A DNA stretch of 64,000 nt from a virus: the IMG/VR virus record IMGVR_UViG_3300022554_000003; one strand, given 5' to 3'. The notes beneath the pieces were generated by a model, which searched no databases, was not told the origin of the DNA, and saw only the letters and a program-made list of their open reading frames with translations. The position numbers were made by a program, and so were the translations under genes. This document shows, in pieces, positions 53,804-62,359 of the stretch; the stretch's first letter is position 1, and every line of letters starts with the position of its first letter.

Positions 53804-54486
53804 TAGAGAAAAAATATTGTGCAGATTATGAAAGTAATGTTAGTTTTTTAGATGTAGAGATAGATGGTAATAGAATTAAATATCAAGAAACTGGGCAAAG
53901 TTTTTACAAGATTTATGTTTGGCAACAAGAACTCGTAAATAAAATGTTAAAGGAGTATGATGAGGTTATTCTTGAAATAGAATACATTGAGCTTGGTTAT
54001 ACTAAGGAAATAAAATTCACAAATTCAATTGATATTTACAAAGAGAGAGCTGTATCATCTCAATGTTATGATTGTCTTAAAAGAAAAGAATGTAAAGTAT
54101 ATCAAACTGCATTAAACACTGATTTTGTTATGAGTGTGGAGAACGATGAACAACTTTATAATTTATATTTACTTGTTGGTGCAAAAAAGGCTGCAATGGA
54201 AGCGGCAGAAGCTGGTATAAGAAAGATGTTGGATAAAAAAATAGAAGCCAGCGGGAATTCTTTACATTTGCAGAAATTGAATTTGAATCTTTTTACAGAA
54301 CAGACATATACAGACTCTTTTCCAATTGATGTAGCAATAAAAGAGAAGTTGCTAACTCCTAAGAACTGCAAAATTCTCATTGGACAGTTTAGAAAAGATG
54401 TAAAAGGAACGGAGCACGAAAAACTGTTAAAACGAGTTCCACATCAAAAAAAGTTGAATATAGGAAATATTCCTGAGTTGCTTTAA
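53800..54486 (+). CDS. Hypothetical protein
   Basis: ATGA overlap. 228 aa. CYDCLKRKECKVY cysteine group. Confidence 0.55.
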   Translation: MIEKKYCADYESNVSFLDVEIDGNRIKYQETGQSFYKIYVWQQELVNKMLKEYDEVILEIEYIELGYTKEIKFTNSIDIYKERAVSSQCYDCLKRKECKVYQTALNTDFVMSVENDEQLYNLYLLVGAKKAAMEAAEAGIRKMLDKKIEASGNSLHLQKLNLNLFTEQTYTDSFPIDVAIKEKLLTPKNCKILIGQFRKDVKGTEHEKLLKRVPHQKKLNIGNIPELL

Positions 54487-54492
54487 AATAAA

Positions 54493-54521
54493 TTTACAAA
54501 AATTTTTTTATGTGTTATAAT
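54493..54521 (+). promoter_or_regulatory. Sigma70-like promoter TTTACA-17-TATAAT with TGn extension
   Basis: TTTACA (54493-98), 17-nt spacer, TGT-TATAAT (54513-21). Confidence 0.6.
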
Positions 54522-54535
54522 TATGTACGAAAAGG

Positions 54536-54814
54536 TTGGTGGGAAACTTGCAAACTATTAATATAGACAAGATTCACAAAATTGCCAAGCCTATTTGGCA
54601 AAAACATTTCAGACATATGATGTCTTATGATGCGTATTTTGAGCAAATACTGAGATTTAATATTTTCCCGTATATGAAATTCAAAGGTCTTGATAAGAGA
54701 TTATTTTTACAATATAAGAGGAAGATAATTGATATGACAATGCGGACATTTGGGAAAACGAAGCCATTGGGGATAGGAAACGAATTCACCATGGACGACG
54801 ATTCTGGAAGTTGA
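54536..54814 (+). CDS. Hypothetical protein (non-ATG start, uncertain)
   Basis: TTG/GTG starts only. Lies close to the predicted transcription start. Confidence 0.4.
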   Translation: MVGNLQTINIDKIHKIAKPIWQKHFRHMMSYDAYFEQILRFNIFPYMKFKGLDKRLFLQYKRKIIDMTMRTFGKTKPLGIGNEFTMDDDSGS

Positions 54815-54818
54815 TGAC

Positions 54819-55616
54819 ATGAAGGGATATTGTTATTCGTGTAATAACAAGTATACCCTAAGGAAATGTGTCGCCATTCTTAATCGAAAAAAGATTCGAT
54901 ATAGAATTTATGACGAATATGTTATTACTGAAGTTCCAGTTGAAGACTTTCATGGCTCGAAATATTATATTAATTTTATAGGACAGACTGAGATAAGCAG
55001 ATTCACAAATGATGAGGTGATTCAAGAAACCGTTCGCAAGAATAGTATTGTAGGAAATGATTGCGAACTACGTAGAGGACGAGTAAAATTTGTTTTAATA
55101 CTGCCTAATCGGAGACGTTTTGAGTTTAAGAGAATCAAAAAATACGATTGGATATTCGACAAAATTTTTGTGGAGAAAAAGAAAGATTTTTTTGAGTTTA
55201 ATTTTAATCAAATTTATGTTGAAGGAGAAGATCGAGATTTGGAATCTATAAATTACAATAGTGGCAAAGATATTTTGGAAGGTGAAGAGGATCCTTTTGA
55301 TGTGGTATTTAATGAGGATGAAGTTCTTAAAGAAATGCAGCAAGAAGCAATAACAAATAATTCATTTGATGTTCAACCTATGGATTTGTGTGAGTATGAG
55401 ATGCTCGAATATAAAGAAACATTTCAGATTGATAAGGTTTTTAATGATATGACGGAGAATCAAGCTGCTATATTGGGTTTGACTTTATTAAAGGTATCGG
55501 CAAAAGCAATAAGCATTTTGATGAAGACAAGCCCAACATATATTTTACTTGAAAGAAAGAGAATAGTTAAAAAGATAAAGCGACTTTTAGAGAGGAAGAT
55601 TAAATATGGCACTTAA
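54819..55616 (+). CDS. Hypothetical protein with C-terminal sigma region 4/LuxR-like HTH
   Basis: MTENQAAILGLTLLKVSAKAISILMKTSPTYILLERKRIVKKIKRLL. Confidence 0.5.
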   Translation: MKGYCYSCNNKYTLRKCVAILNRKKIRYRIYDEYVITEVPVEDFHGSKYYINFIGQTEISRFTNDEVIQETVRKNSIVGNDCELRRGRVKFVLILPNRRRFEFKRIKKYDWIFDKIFVEKKKDFFEFNFNQIYVEGEDRDLESINYNSGKDILEGEEDPFDVVFNEDEVLKEMQQEAITNNSFDVQPMDLCEYEMLEYKETFQIDKVFNDMTENQAAILGLTLLKVSAKAISILMKTSPTYILLERKRIVKKIKRLLERKIKYGT

Positions 55617-56292
55617 AGAGATATACATGCTTCCACAAACACTTTTAGAAGATGTTGATTTGTGGTTGAAAAATGAAAATATTAATGCAAGAGATGTTAT
55701 GGGGATGATTAAAAAGAGGTATCAAGGTGACATAAAATTTACACTTAAAGAACTCAATGAATATATATCAGAACGAAGGAAATATATTAATGCTCCAACG
55801 TTAGATTCTATAGAAATTATTCCACTTCCAGCAAAATCCGCTATTGAAAAAGGTATTACTAGCGACCAATCGTTAGACAAAGATGCTTTTGTAAATGTGA
55901 GAGATAGAGCTCGATTGATGCATATGTTGAAGGAAAAGCTTGTGAGAAGAATGCATATTGTCGAGCAAGCACAAAAGATAGATGGTAAAGACTTTATTGA
56001 CCCATATATGGAATCTTTACTTATAAACTATACGAAAGTTCTTACTGATATTGTTGAGAAAGAAGTGAAGTTGCAATTAGAACTTGAAGAGAGCTCAAAG
56101 CTCGAAAAAATAATAAGCGAAAGATTGAATCTTGTTTTATTTTTGATTGGAAAAACAATTCAAAAGTTTATGGAAAAAGATATATTCACAAAATATAAAG
56201 ATAGTAAAGAAAGATATGAAGCATTTAAGAAAGAGATTAAGGAGGTATTTAAAAACTATGGCCTTGAAGACTTCAGTAAATTTAAAGGATGA
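55606..56292 (+). CDS. Hypothetical protein
   Basis: 228 aa, helical. SD GAGAGGAAG upstream. Confidence 0.55.
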   Translation: MALKEIYMLPQTLLEDVDLWLKNENINARDVMGMIKKRYQGDIKFTLKELNEYISERRKYINAPTLDSIEIIPLPAKSAIEKGITSDQSLDKDAFVNVRDRARLMHMLKEKLVRRMHIVEQAQKIDGKDFIDPYMESLLINYTKVLTDIVEKEVKLQLELEESSKLEKIISERLNLVLFLIGKTIQKFMEKDIFTKYKDSKERYEAFKKEIKEVFKNYGLEDFSKFKG

Positions 56293-56590
56293 CGAATTTA
56301 TAGTTCTTAGTTATTATGGAGATATGAAGCCACATACGTTATTTGCACAATTTCATCTTATAAAAATGGTTTACAGAAAAATGACACATAAAAAGTTCAT
56401 TAAGATAACGCGGAGATTTTTTATGAATGGTATTTTGACAAGCTATGGTGATGATTATTTTAAGATTCGTCTTTCGAATAGGAAGCACATTTTGACTAAA
56501 AAGGGAGATGAGCTTTTAAGAGAAGCATCTATATATAGAGGTGGGGATTATAATTATTATAAAAATTTTGCAAGAAGGGAGGCAAAATGA
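56258..56590 (+). CDS. Hypothetical protein
   Basis: Start moved to ATG 56258 (SD AAGGAGGT 11 nt upstream). Confidence 0.5.
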   Translation: MALKTSVNLKDDEFIVLSYYGDMKPHTLFAQFHLIKMVYRKMTHKKFIKITRRFFMNGILTSYGDDYFKIRLSNRKHILTKKGDELLREASIYRGGDYNYYKNFARREAK

Positions 56591-56763
56591 AGCAAACATA
56601 CTTAATTGAATTAGAAAATAAATATCCGGAGTATCAAAATGAGTTTAAAGTTGTGGTTATAGCAGAATCAAAAGAAGAAGCAGAACTTAAGGTTGAAAAT
56701 AAATATCCAAATTTCATGATAGAGAGTACAACAATTATAAGGAGTGCAGATATTATATTGTAG
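56587..56763 (+). CDS. Small ORF, 58 aa (not in the ORF track)
   Basis: ATGA overlap with the upstream stop. MKQTYLIELENKYPEYQNEFKVVVIAESKEEAELKVENKYPNFMIESTTIIRSADIIL, with an internal ENKYP repeat. Confidence 0.4.
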   Translation: MKQTYLIELENKYPEYQNEFKVVVIAESKEEAELKVENKYPNFMIESTTIIRSADIIL

Positions 56764-56784
56764 TTAATTTTATATATTTATAAG
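56761..56784 (+). promoter_or_regulatory. Recurrent motif TAGTTAATTTTATATATTTATAAG (candidate phage-specific promoter)
   Basis: Differs at 2 positions from the 57756 copy. Confidence 0.35.
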
Positions 56785-56792
56785 GAGAACTG

Positions 56793-57332
56793 ATGTTTAG
56801 ACTATTCGGAAAGGTAGACAGAGAGTATCCTATGGAAAACTTCATTTTAAAGGTTTTACATGAGAATAAATATGATGTGGAAGTAACGGCATCAATTGTT
56901 TATAACAAATATCCATTTGTTAAAAAGCATGACCTTAAAAAAGTAATTGCTGAACTTATCACAAAAAAACTTAACAATGAAAAGATTGGTGGTGTGTGGG
57001 TAAAGTTGAAAAATAAGTTTAAACTCGTTTCTAAAAATTATATGGATTTAGCTCATGATCCACGACCGGCTTGGGATAATTCAGCTAAAACACCAAGTGA
57101 TTTAGGGAGAGCGAATAGATTTGCAATTACTCCGCAAGGACAAGACTCAGACAGATATTCTGTTCCAAAACTTGATGAAGTGGAAAATATAGAAAAAATT
57201 GAATTAACATTTAATCAAATGAAAAACAAATTCCGAAATGCTTTGCCGGGTATAGGAGAGGACGAACTCGGAAGAATAGTAAAGAACGAGATGCAAAGAA
57301 TGGGATTTGATGTATCTCGTTTGGAATTGTAA
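56793..57332 (+). CDS. Hypothetical protein
   Basis: SD AAGGAG upstream. 179 aa. Confidence 0.55.
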   Translation: MFRLFGKVDREYPMENFILKVLHENKYDVEVTASIVYNKYPFVKKHDLKKVIAELITKKLNNEKIGGVWVKLKNKFKLVSKNYMDLAHDPRPAWDNSAKTPSDLGRANRFAITPQGQDSDRYSVPKLDEVENIEKIELTFNQMKNKFRNALPGIGEDELGRIVKNEMQRMGFDVSRLEL

Positions 57333-57391
57333 GGATTGGAATGGCGAAGTTAGGTTAGGTTTAAAATAAGTTAGGAAAGGAGGCGACCAAA

Positions 57392-57688
57392 ATGGTTGAA
57401 GAACTCGACAATGAAAAGCAGCCAGTTGTTTCAGAAGACAAGAATGCAAATCTTCCAACAGTTGGGTCAATGAAAGACAAAAAGCTTTTCCGTTGCAAGA
57501 ACTGTTCAACTGAAGCTGAAGGACAGGTATGGTGGTCGTGGAATGAGGCGCTTAAAGAGCCAACTACGAACACAGACCCGGAGAAAATTAGGACACTTTT
57601 GAAATGTCCTACGTGTAAAAGTTCTCTTGGTATACAAAGTCTTGAAGCTAAGGTTAATGTTGCAGCTCTACCACCGGAACTGCGGTAA
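57392..57688 (+). CDS. Zinc-ribbon protein
   Basis: CKNC...29 aa...CPTC. SD AAAGGAGG upstream. Confidence 0.55.
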   Translation: MVEELDNEKQPVVSEDKNANLPTVGSMKDKKLFRCKNCSTEAEGQVWWSWNEALKEPTTNTDPEKIRTLLKCPTCKSSLGIQSLEAKVNVAALPPELR

Positions 57689-57717
57689 GCAGAGTTAATA
57701 TGCGCATATAGTATATG

Positions 57718-57746
57718 GTGGGAGCTGATGATAAATCAGCTCCCAC
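57718..57746 (+). terminator. 12-bp perfect hairpin (terminator candidate, no T tract)
   Basis: GTGGGAGCTGAT-GATAA-ATCAGCTCCCAC. Preceded by the palindrome ATATGCGCATAT. Confidence 0.45.
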
Positions 57747-57755
57747 TTATAATTA

Positions 57756-57779
57756 TAGTTAATTTTACGTATTTATAAG
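57756..57779 (+). promoter_or_regulatory. Recurrent motif TAGTTAATTTTACGTATTTATAAG (candidate phage-specific promoter)
   Basis: Lies directly after the hairpin and 9 nt before ATG 57788. Confidence 0.35.
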
Positions 57780-57787
57780 AGGTACAT

Positions 57788-57997
57788 ATGAGAGCTTTCA
57801 AGAAAGAAATACAAGATACAAAGGACAACATAAAGCAAGCAACAAGAATTTTAGATGCTATGGCTCCTTTGACAGATAAAGAGAGATATTACTTGATAGA
57901 TGTTTTTATCAAGTCAAATATGGCAATAGAAAAACTCGAGAGAGAGGTGCAGAAATATGAAAACAAAATTACAGCAGAAAATAGAAAGTTTGTTTGA
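57788..57997 (+). CDS. Hypothetical small coiled-coil protein
   Basis: 69 aa. Confidence 0.5.
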   Translation: MRAFKKEIQDTKDNIKQATRILDAMAPLTDKERYYLIDVFIKSNMAIEKLEREVQKYENKITAENRKFV

Positions 57998-58331
57998 CCA
58001 ATATATAGATAAATTCGCAGCTTCCATTAAAGATGAGGAGTTTGATATTACAAATAATGTTGAAAAATTTTATGCATCGGAATTATTTAAAGATTTTAAT
58101 GATTTGGCATTGGCAAATCTTGTTGGTGCTCTTAAAGACATGGAAATAACAAGTGGTGATTTTGAAGAGCTTGTACAAAGCTTTAAACTTAATTATACGG
58201 AAGAACAAATAAATAAACTTATATCAGCAGTTGATCCACCAAAACCATCAACAAATCCACCACCTGGAAAGGTATGGATTAAAGAAAGAAAAAAAGATGG
58301 CACTGCTGAATGGGTCTTGGTTGACCAATAA
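57957..58331 (+). CDS. Hypothetical protein
   Basis: 124 aa. SD GAGGTG upstream. Confidence 0.5.
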   Translation: MKTKLQQKIESLFDQYIDKFAASIKDEEFDITNNVEKFYASELFKDFNDLALANLVGALKDMEITSGDFEELVQSFKLNYTEEQINKLISAVDPPKPSTNPPPGKVWIKERKKDGTAEWVLVDQ

Positions 58332-58341
58332 TAAGGGTTTT

Positions 58342-59394
58342 ATGAATAATATCGAGCAATTCAAAAGGCACATAGCGTTTGACCTTGACGGTACGGTCCT
58401 CGAAGAGACTGAGTGGTCAGAACTTGGTAAACCAATACCTGAAAATGTAGCATTCATAAGAGCACTTCACAAAGCTGGAGTTCCAGTAGCTATTTATACT
58501 GCAAGGATTTACCAAGATAAAAGTATGGAGGAAAAAACTGCGGCATATCTCGAAGAGATTGGCGTCCCATACAGTGAATTATCTTGCGAGAAAAAACCTT
58601 ATTATGTATTATTTGTCGACGATAGGGCGGAGAAAGTAGAACATAATAAACCATGGTCAGAGAAGAATAAAGAAAATATTTTGATGATGGTTGAACGATA
58701 CAAAATGAATGAATTTCCAATTGATGCTATATCAATGGATATTGATGTGTCTAAAACATATGATTCTGAGGTTTCAAAAATAGAAGTTATGGAGAATACA
58801 GATTCGACAGTAATGGCCGGGAAAATGAAGTTATCTACTTTTATTTCTCAAGGTCAATATGAATATGTTTATTTTGCAACTGGTGGTCAATTGATGTCAT
58901 TGAGTAAAGGTCAATTAACACAACCAATAATTGACGAGATCGTAAAAAAGCAACCATCTGTTATATGGCTTATAAAGAATAAAATGAAAAAAGTTTCTGA
59001 GTTTATGTCTTATTGGGAGCAAAAACAAATGGAGCCACAGATCACATATTTTGGGCATCCATCAGATTCTATGAGAAGAGTAGTTGTATTTTTGAAAGAT
59101 GGAGTGTTAGGAGAGTTTTTTGTTATCAGTGTCTATAATAAAGAGCAGTATATTGTTAAATTAAGCGATTTGATAAAGGTAAATCCAAACAAATTTATTA
59201 TAGCTTCTTTAGATGAAGAACTTGACGAGAAACTCAACAAAGATTTAACTGATGAAGATATTGCAAGAATTCTTGATAAGATAAAGAAAAAAAATTTGAA
59301 CATAAACGTATTGAAGCTTGCATGGCCAGAAATTAATACTCAAAAGAGTGACTTATTAAAGAAACTAAGGGAAGGCAAATCAAACATAGTATAA
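58342..59394 (+). CDS. HAD-superfamily phosphatase domain protein with unknown C-terminal domain
   Basis: Start moved to ATG 58342. HIAFDLDGTVLE is the DxDxT motif I. IYTAR and FVDDRA resemble motifs II and IV. Confidence 0.55.
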   Translation: MNNIEQFKRHIAFDLDGTVLEETEWSELGKPIPENVAFIRALHKAGVPVAIYTARIYQDKSMEEKTAAYLEEIGVPYSELSCEKKPYYVLFVDDRAEKVEHNKPWSEKNKENILMMVERYKMNEFPIDAISMDIDVSKTYDSEVSKIEVMENTDSTVMAGKMKLSTFISQGQYEYVYFATGGQLMSLSKGQLTQPIIDEIVKKQPSVIWLIKNKMKKVSEFMSYWEQKQMEPQITYFGHPSDSMRRVVVFLKDGVLGEFFVISVYNKEQYIVKLSDLIKVNPNKFIIASLDEELDEKLNKDLTDEDIARILDKIKKKNLNINVLKLAWPEINTQKSDLLKKLREGKSNIV

Positions 59395-59414
59395 ATGAAA
59401 TAAGGAGTTTGAAA

Positions 59415-59963
59415 GTGAAAGATAAAATTAAAACATTGGAAGAAGAAGAAAGTGAAAATAAAGAAGCTATAAAGAAGTACTATTTTAGAGTTTCTATGCC
59501 AAGTTCAGTTAATCACACTTATAATGTGTCATATTATGAAGGTAAACCAAGATTCTATATGAATCACAAAGCACTTGAGACAAAAAAAGTCTTGATGCAA
59601 GAGTTTAAGGCATATGCGATAAACAATAAATGCCCGAAGTTTAAAGATGCTGTTGTTATAGTTGAAATGGTATTTACAAATCTTAGAAAGGGTAGAGACC
59701 TCAACAATTTATACAAAACACTTTTTGACGCAATGGAAGAAGTTGGAATAATAGATAATGATGCAAATATCATTGAACGACCATTATACAAAGTTTTTGA
59801 TAAGAACTTGAAAGAATCTTTTGTTGAACTTTGGGTTTATGAAGCAAAAGGGGTACCATCGCAAAAAGATATAGATGAATATTTTTTCTGGGTGAATAAA
59901 CCTCAAATTCTTGCTGTAATGAAGACAAAGTTATCAAAAAGAAGAGGCGAAGATTCAGATTAG
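59415..59963 (+). CDS. rusA: RusA-like Holliday junction resolvase
   Basis: RKGRDLNNLYKTLFDAMEEVGIIDNDANIIE matches the RusA D.DN..K...D......DD motif. GTG 59415 is preferred over TTG 59409 because of SD spacing. Confidence 0.65.
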   Translation: MKDKIKTLEEEESENKEAIKKYYFRVSMPSSVNHTYNVSYYEGKPRFYMNHKALETKKVLMQEFKAYAINNKCPKFKDAVVIVEMVFTNLRKGRDLNNLYKTLFDAMEEVGIIDNDANIIERPLYKVFDKNLKESFVELWVYEAKGVPSQKDIDEYFFWVNKPQILAVMKTKLSKRRGEDSD

Positions 59964-60058
59964 GCACTTTGTTACAACTGGACATTTGGATTTGAGCAGA
60001 TATAGTTATTAAAATTAATTAAATTGATAAAGAATATTAAAAATTTTAATAAAAATAA

Positions 60059-60087
60059 TTGATATTTAAATAAATATATGATATAAT
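60059..60087 (+). promoter_or_regulatory. Consensus-like sigma70 promoter TTGATA-17-TGATATAAT
   Basis: The -10 box is part of an 11-bp inverted repeat TATAATCATCT-N7-AGATGATTATA (60082-60110) that ends at the start codon. Confidence 0.6.
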
Positions 60088-60110
60088 CATCTTAAAAGGA
60101 GATGATTATA

Positions 60111-60434
60111 ATGAAATCTAAAGAAGTATTAGAATTATTGCAAATAACAAGACCTACTCTTACAAAATACGTTAAAGAAGGATTAATAAAAGTAATACTA
60201 ATAGAAGAAAGTTATACAAGTGGAACATCATTTTTGGATAGGGAACTGCCTATAAAAGAAAATTATAATAAAGCAAGGCGAATTTACAGAGGATTATTTA
60301 AAGCAAATGACGGTAAATTGATTAATGCAGATTTAAATGCTTCTTATCAAATAATGAAAAAAGTATTTCCTGAAGCGTTTGCAAAGGGGATAGAGGGTGT
60401 GGGGTTACATCCAGTCAGAGTAAATGTAGCATAA
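60111..60434 (+). mobile_element. Internally deleted IS607/IS605-type remnant: HTH (MerR/excisionase-like) fused in frame to the C-terminal RuvC-III end of TnpB
   Basis: The N-terminus MKSKEVLELLQITRPTLTKYVKEGLIKV is an HTH. The rest (IEESYTSGTSFLD...RGLFKANDGKLINADLNASYQIMKKVFPEAFAKGIEGVGLHPVRV) matches the last ~80 aa of TnpB proteins as I recall them. Confidence 0.55.
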
Positions 60435-60597
60435 GCTATGTTGACTGATAAACAATTTTATTAAAATTTATAATAAGTTTTATTGATTTTAATAAAATTG
60501 ATAACCTAATATTCAGAAATCTTTTAATGTATCTTGTTTTTAGTTAGTGTAGTCAATCAGAATTAATAGGTAGATGTGTTATTATTTGGAGGATTAA

Positions 60598-60861
60598 ATG
60601 GAGAGCAAACTGCTTAAAGTTATACCAACGTTAGTTGATGGTGATTGGGTTGATGCTCATTATCTCAATGAACAGAAGACTGTCAAAATGAAAGTTTCAA
60701 AAAAAATACGTAAAGAGCTTCAAAATAACATAGGTAAAGCTATTAATATTCCTATGGATGAAGTTTTTCGTATGCAATACACTGGCGATTCATATATGAA
60801 AGTGCGTACAGCGAAGATTGTGTCATTGGACGAATTTGAAGAGGGTCACAATCCCTTTTAA
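60598..60861 (+). CDS. Hypothetical protein
   Basis: SD GGAGGA upstream. 87 aa. Confidence 0.5.
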   Translation: MESKLLKVIPTLVDGDWVDAHYLNEQKTVKMKVSKKIRKELQNNIGKAINIPMDEVFRMQYTGDSYMKVRTAKIVSLDEFEEGHNPF

Positions 60862-60975
60862 TCAGGGGAACCACTCTTACATGTGGCAATGCCAGAAACA
60901 TGGACACATGGAAAGTTTTGGGAAAATGAATTCGATGTTCTTACTCAGGCATAATTAGAATTTAGGAGGTTGGTA

Positions 60976-61098
60976 ATGAAATTAAAATTAAGACCAGCAA
61001 ATGTAGGGCAAGACGCAATGACAAAAGAAGAAAGACTAAGGCAACATGAAATAGCCCTCAAAAGGCTTGGAATTAAAAGGCCAAAAGTAAAAAAATAA
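60976..61098 (+). CDS. Small basic ORF, 40 aa (not in the ORF track)
   Basis: Strong SD TAGGAGGT 6 nt upstream. MKLKLRPANVGQDAMTKEERLRQHEIALKRLGIKRPKVKK. Confidence 0.4.
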   Translation: MKLKLRPANVGQDAMTKEERLRQHEIALKRLGIKRPKVKK

Positions 61099-61099
61099 A

Positions 61100-61175
61100 C
61101 GGAGCGTAGCGCAGTTGGTAGCGCATCTGGTTTGGGGCCAAAAAGTCACAGGTTCGAATCCTGTCGCTCCGACCA
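61100..61175 (+). tRNA. tRNA-Pro (anticodon UGG)
   Basis: Acceptor CGGAGCG/CGCTCCG, D arm GCGC/GCGC, anticodon loop TTTGGGG, T arm ACAGG-TTCGAAT-CCTGT, encoded CCA. One C-A mismatch in the anticodon stem. Confidence 0.75.
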
Positions 61176-61194
61176 TTTTTAAAGGAGAAGCGAC

Positions 61195-61389
61195 ATGAAT
61201 AATGATGCCATATTAAAACGAATTGCAGAACTTGAAGATGAGTTGAAGAATGTTCATGGAACTCCTTGTGAAGTTTACAGTAGGGTTGTTGGCTTCTTTC
61301 GTCCTGTGAAAGATTGGAACAAAGGCAAACAAGAAGAATATAAAGAACGTGTGTTATTTGATGTACCAAAAATGGACGGGGATATATGA
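61195..61389 (+). CDS. Stand-alone NrdD C-terminal glycyl-radical-domain-like mini-protein
   Basis: YSRVVGFFRPVKDWNKGKQEEYKERV parallels the class III RNR C-terminus R..CGYLG.....FN.GK..E...RV. SD AAAGGAG upstream. Confidence 0.5.
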   Translation: MNNDAILKRIAELEDELKNVHGTPCEVYSRVVGFFRPVKDWNKGKQEEYKERVLFDVPKMDGDI

Positions 61390-61655
61390 GAAAGATAATC
61401 TTATTTACTGTGCCTGGATGTGCTGCTTGTGAAGAGTTTAAACCAAGATTCACCAAAGTTATGACATCGAATAGTATACCCCATGAAATAGTTGATTTGA
61501 CTAAATCTACTCCTGAATTCAAACAAATAGCAAAAGCATTTGATGTATATGCTTTTCCAACAACTATAATATTGAATGAAGATAAAGGTCAAATGGTTGA
61601 AGGAAACGTAAGCGAAGATTATTTGAGGGCAGCTATCAAAAAATGTTTTGAATAA
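61386..61655 (+). CDS. Thioredoxin-fold protein (CxxC)
   Basis: ILFTVPGCAACEEF active-site-like CAAC and a cis-Pro region YAFPTTIIL. ATGA overlap with the upstream ORF. Confidence 0.6.
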   Translation: MRKIILFTVPGCAACEEFKPRFTKVMTSNSIPHEIVDLTKSTPEFKQIAKAFDVYAFPTTIILNEDKGQMVEGNVSEDYLRAAIKKCFE

Positions 61656-61730
61656 GTGCTATATTTGATAAGAGGCTTAAGCTAATGTCTTTTTGTAGTG
61701 TCATGCATTGGTTTACAGTATTAAATAAAT

Positions 61731-61807
61731 GGGTCCGTAGCTCAGTGGATTAGAGCAACCGCCTTCTAAGCGGTTGGTCGCAGGTTCGATTCCTGCTGGA
61801 CCCGCCA
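61731..61807 (+). tRNA. tRNA-Arg (anticodon UCU)
   Basis: Acceptor GGGTCCG/TGGACCC, D arm GCTC/GAGC, anticodon stem ACCGC/GCGGT, loop CTTCTAA, T arm GCAGG-TTCGATT-CCTGC, encoded CCA. Confidence 0.85.
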
Positions 61808-61841
61808 ATAAAGAAAATAATATGCACCATAATCTTTTTTG

Positions 61842-61850
61842 TGATATAAT
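61842..61850 (+). promoter_or_regulatory. Extended -10 element TGATATAAT
   Basis: Weak -35. Followed by the leader GAATTCAGGAGGTAG (61860-61874). Confidence 0.45.
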
Positions 61851-61876
61851 GCTACAAAAGAATTCAGGAGGTAGTT

Positions 61877-62359
61877 TTGAATATATTTTACTTAGATGAT
61901 GACATTCAAAAATGTGTTGAGTATCATTGTGATAAACATGTGGTGAAGATGATTGTTGAGTATGCGCAAATTCTTTCAACAACATCAACTCTTTATGGTT
62001 CAATAATTCAAGGTTATAAACCAACACATAAAAACCATCCATGTGTTTTGTGGTGTGCTCAATCTCAGGAAAATTGGTTATACCTTCGTAGTTTGGCATT
62101 AGCTTTATGCAATGAATACACTCATCGTTATGGAAAAGTTCACAAGACTGAAGCTGTTACAAAAAATCTTAAACTACCAATATTACCATCTATTGGCTTC
62201 AAAAAACCACCAAGGTGTATGCCTATTGAATTTAAAAAAGACTCTGTGAGTGATTCATACCGGGAATATTATGTAAAAGCAAAAGCAAAATTCTGCAGAT
62301 GGACTAATCGTCCAGTGCCAAAATGGTTTGAACAAAATGCTTATCAAAGAGTTTATTAA
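61877..62359 (+). CDS. Conserved hypothetical protein (His/Cys-rich; function not recognised)
   Basis: TTG start 4 nt after AGGAGGT. YHCDKHVVKMIVEYAQILS and HKNHPCVLWC look like a conserved family that I cannot name. Confidence 0.55.
   Translation: MNIFYLDDDIQKCVEYHCDKHVVKMIVEYAQILSTTSTLYGSIIQGYKPTHKNHPCVLWCAQSQENWLYLRSLALALCNEYTHRYGKVHKTEAVTKNLKLPILPSIGFKKPPRCMPIEFKKDSVSDSYREYYVKAKAKFCRWTNRPVPKWFEQNAYQRVY

Noticed and set aside
61073-62099. Minus-strand ORFs 61073-61522 and 61713-62099
   Set aside because: They run antisense through tRNA-Pro and tRNA-Arg and through + strand genes that have SDs. The tRNA cloverleaves explain the local GC-rich sequence.
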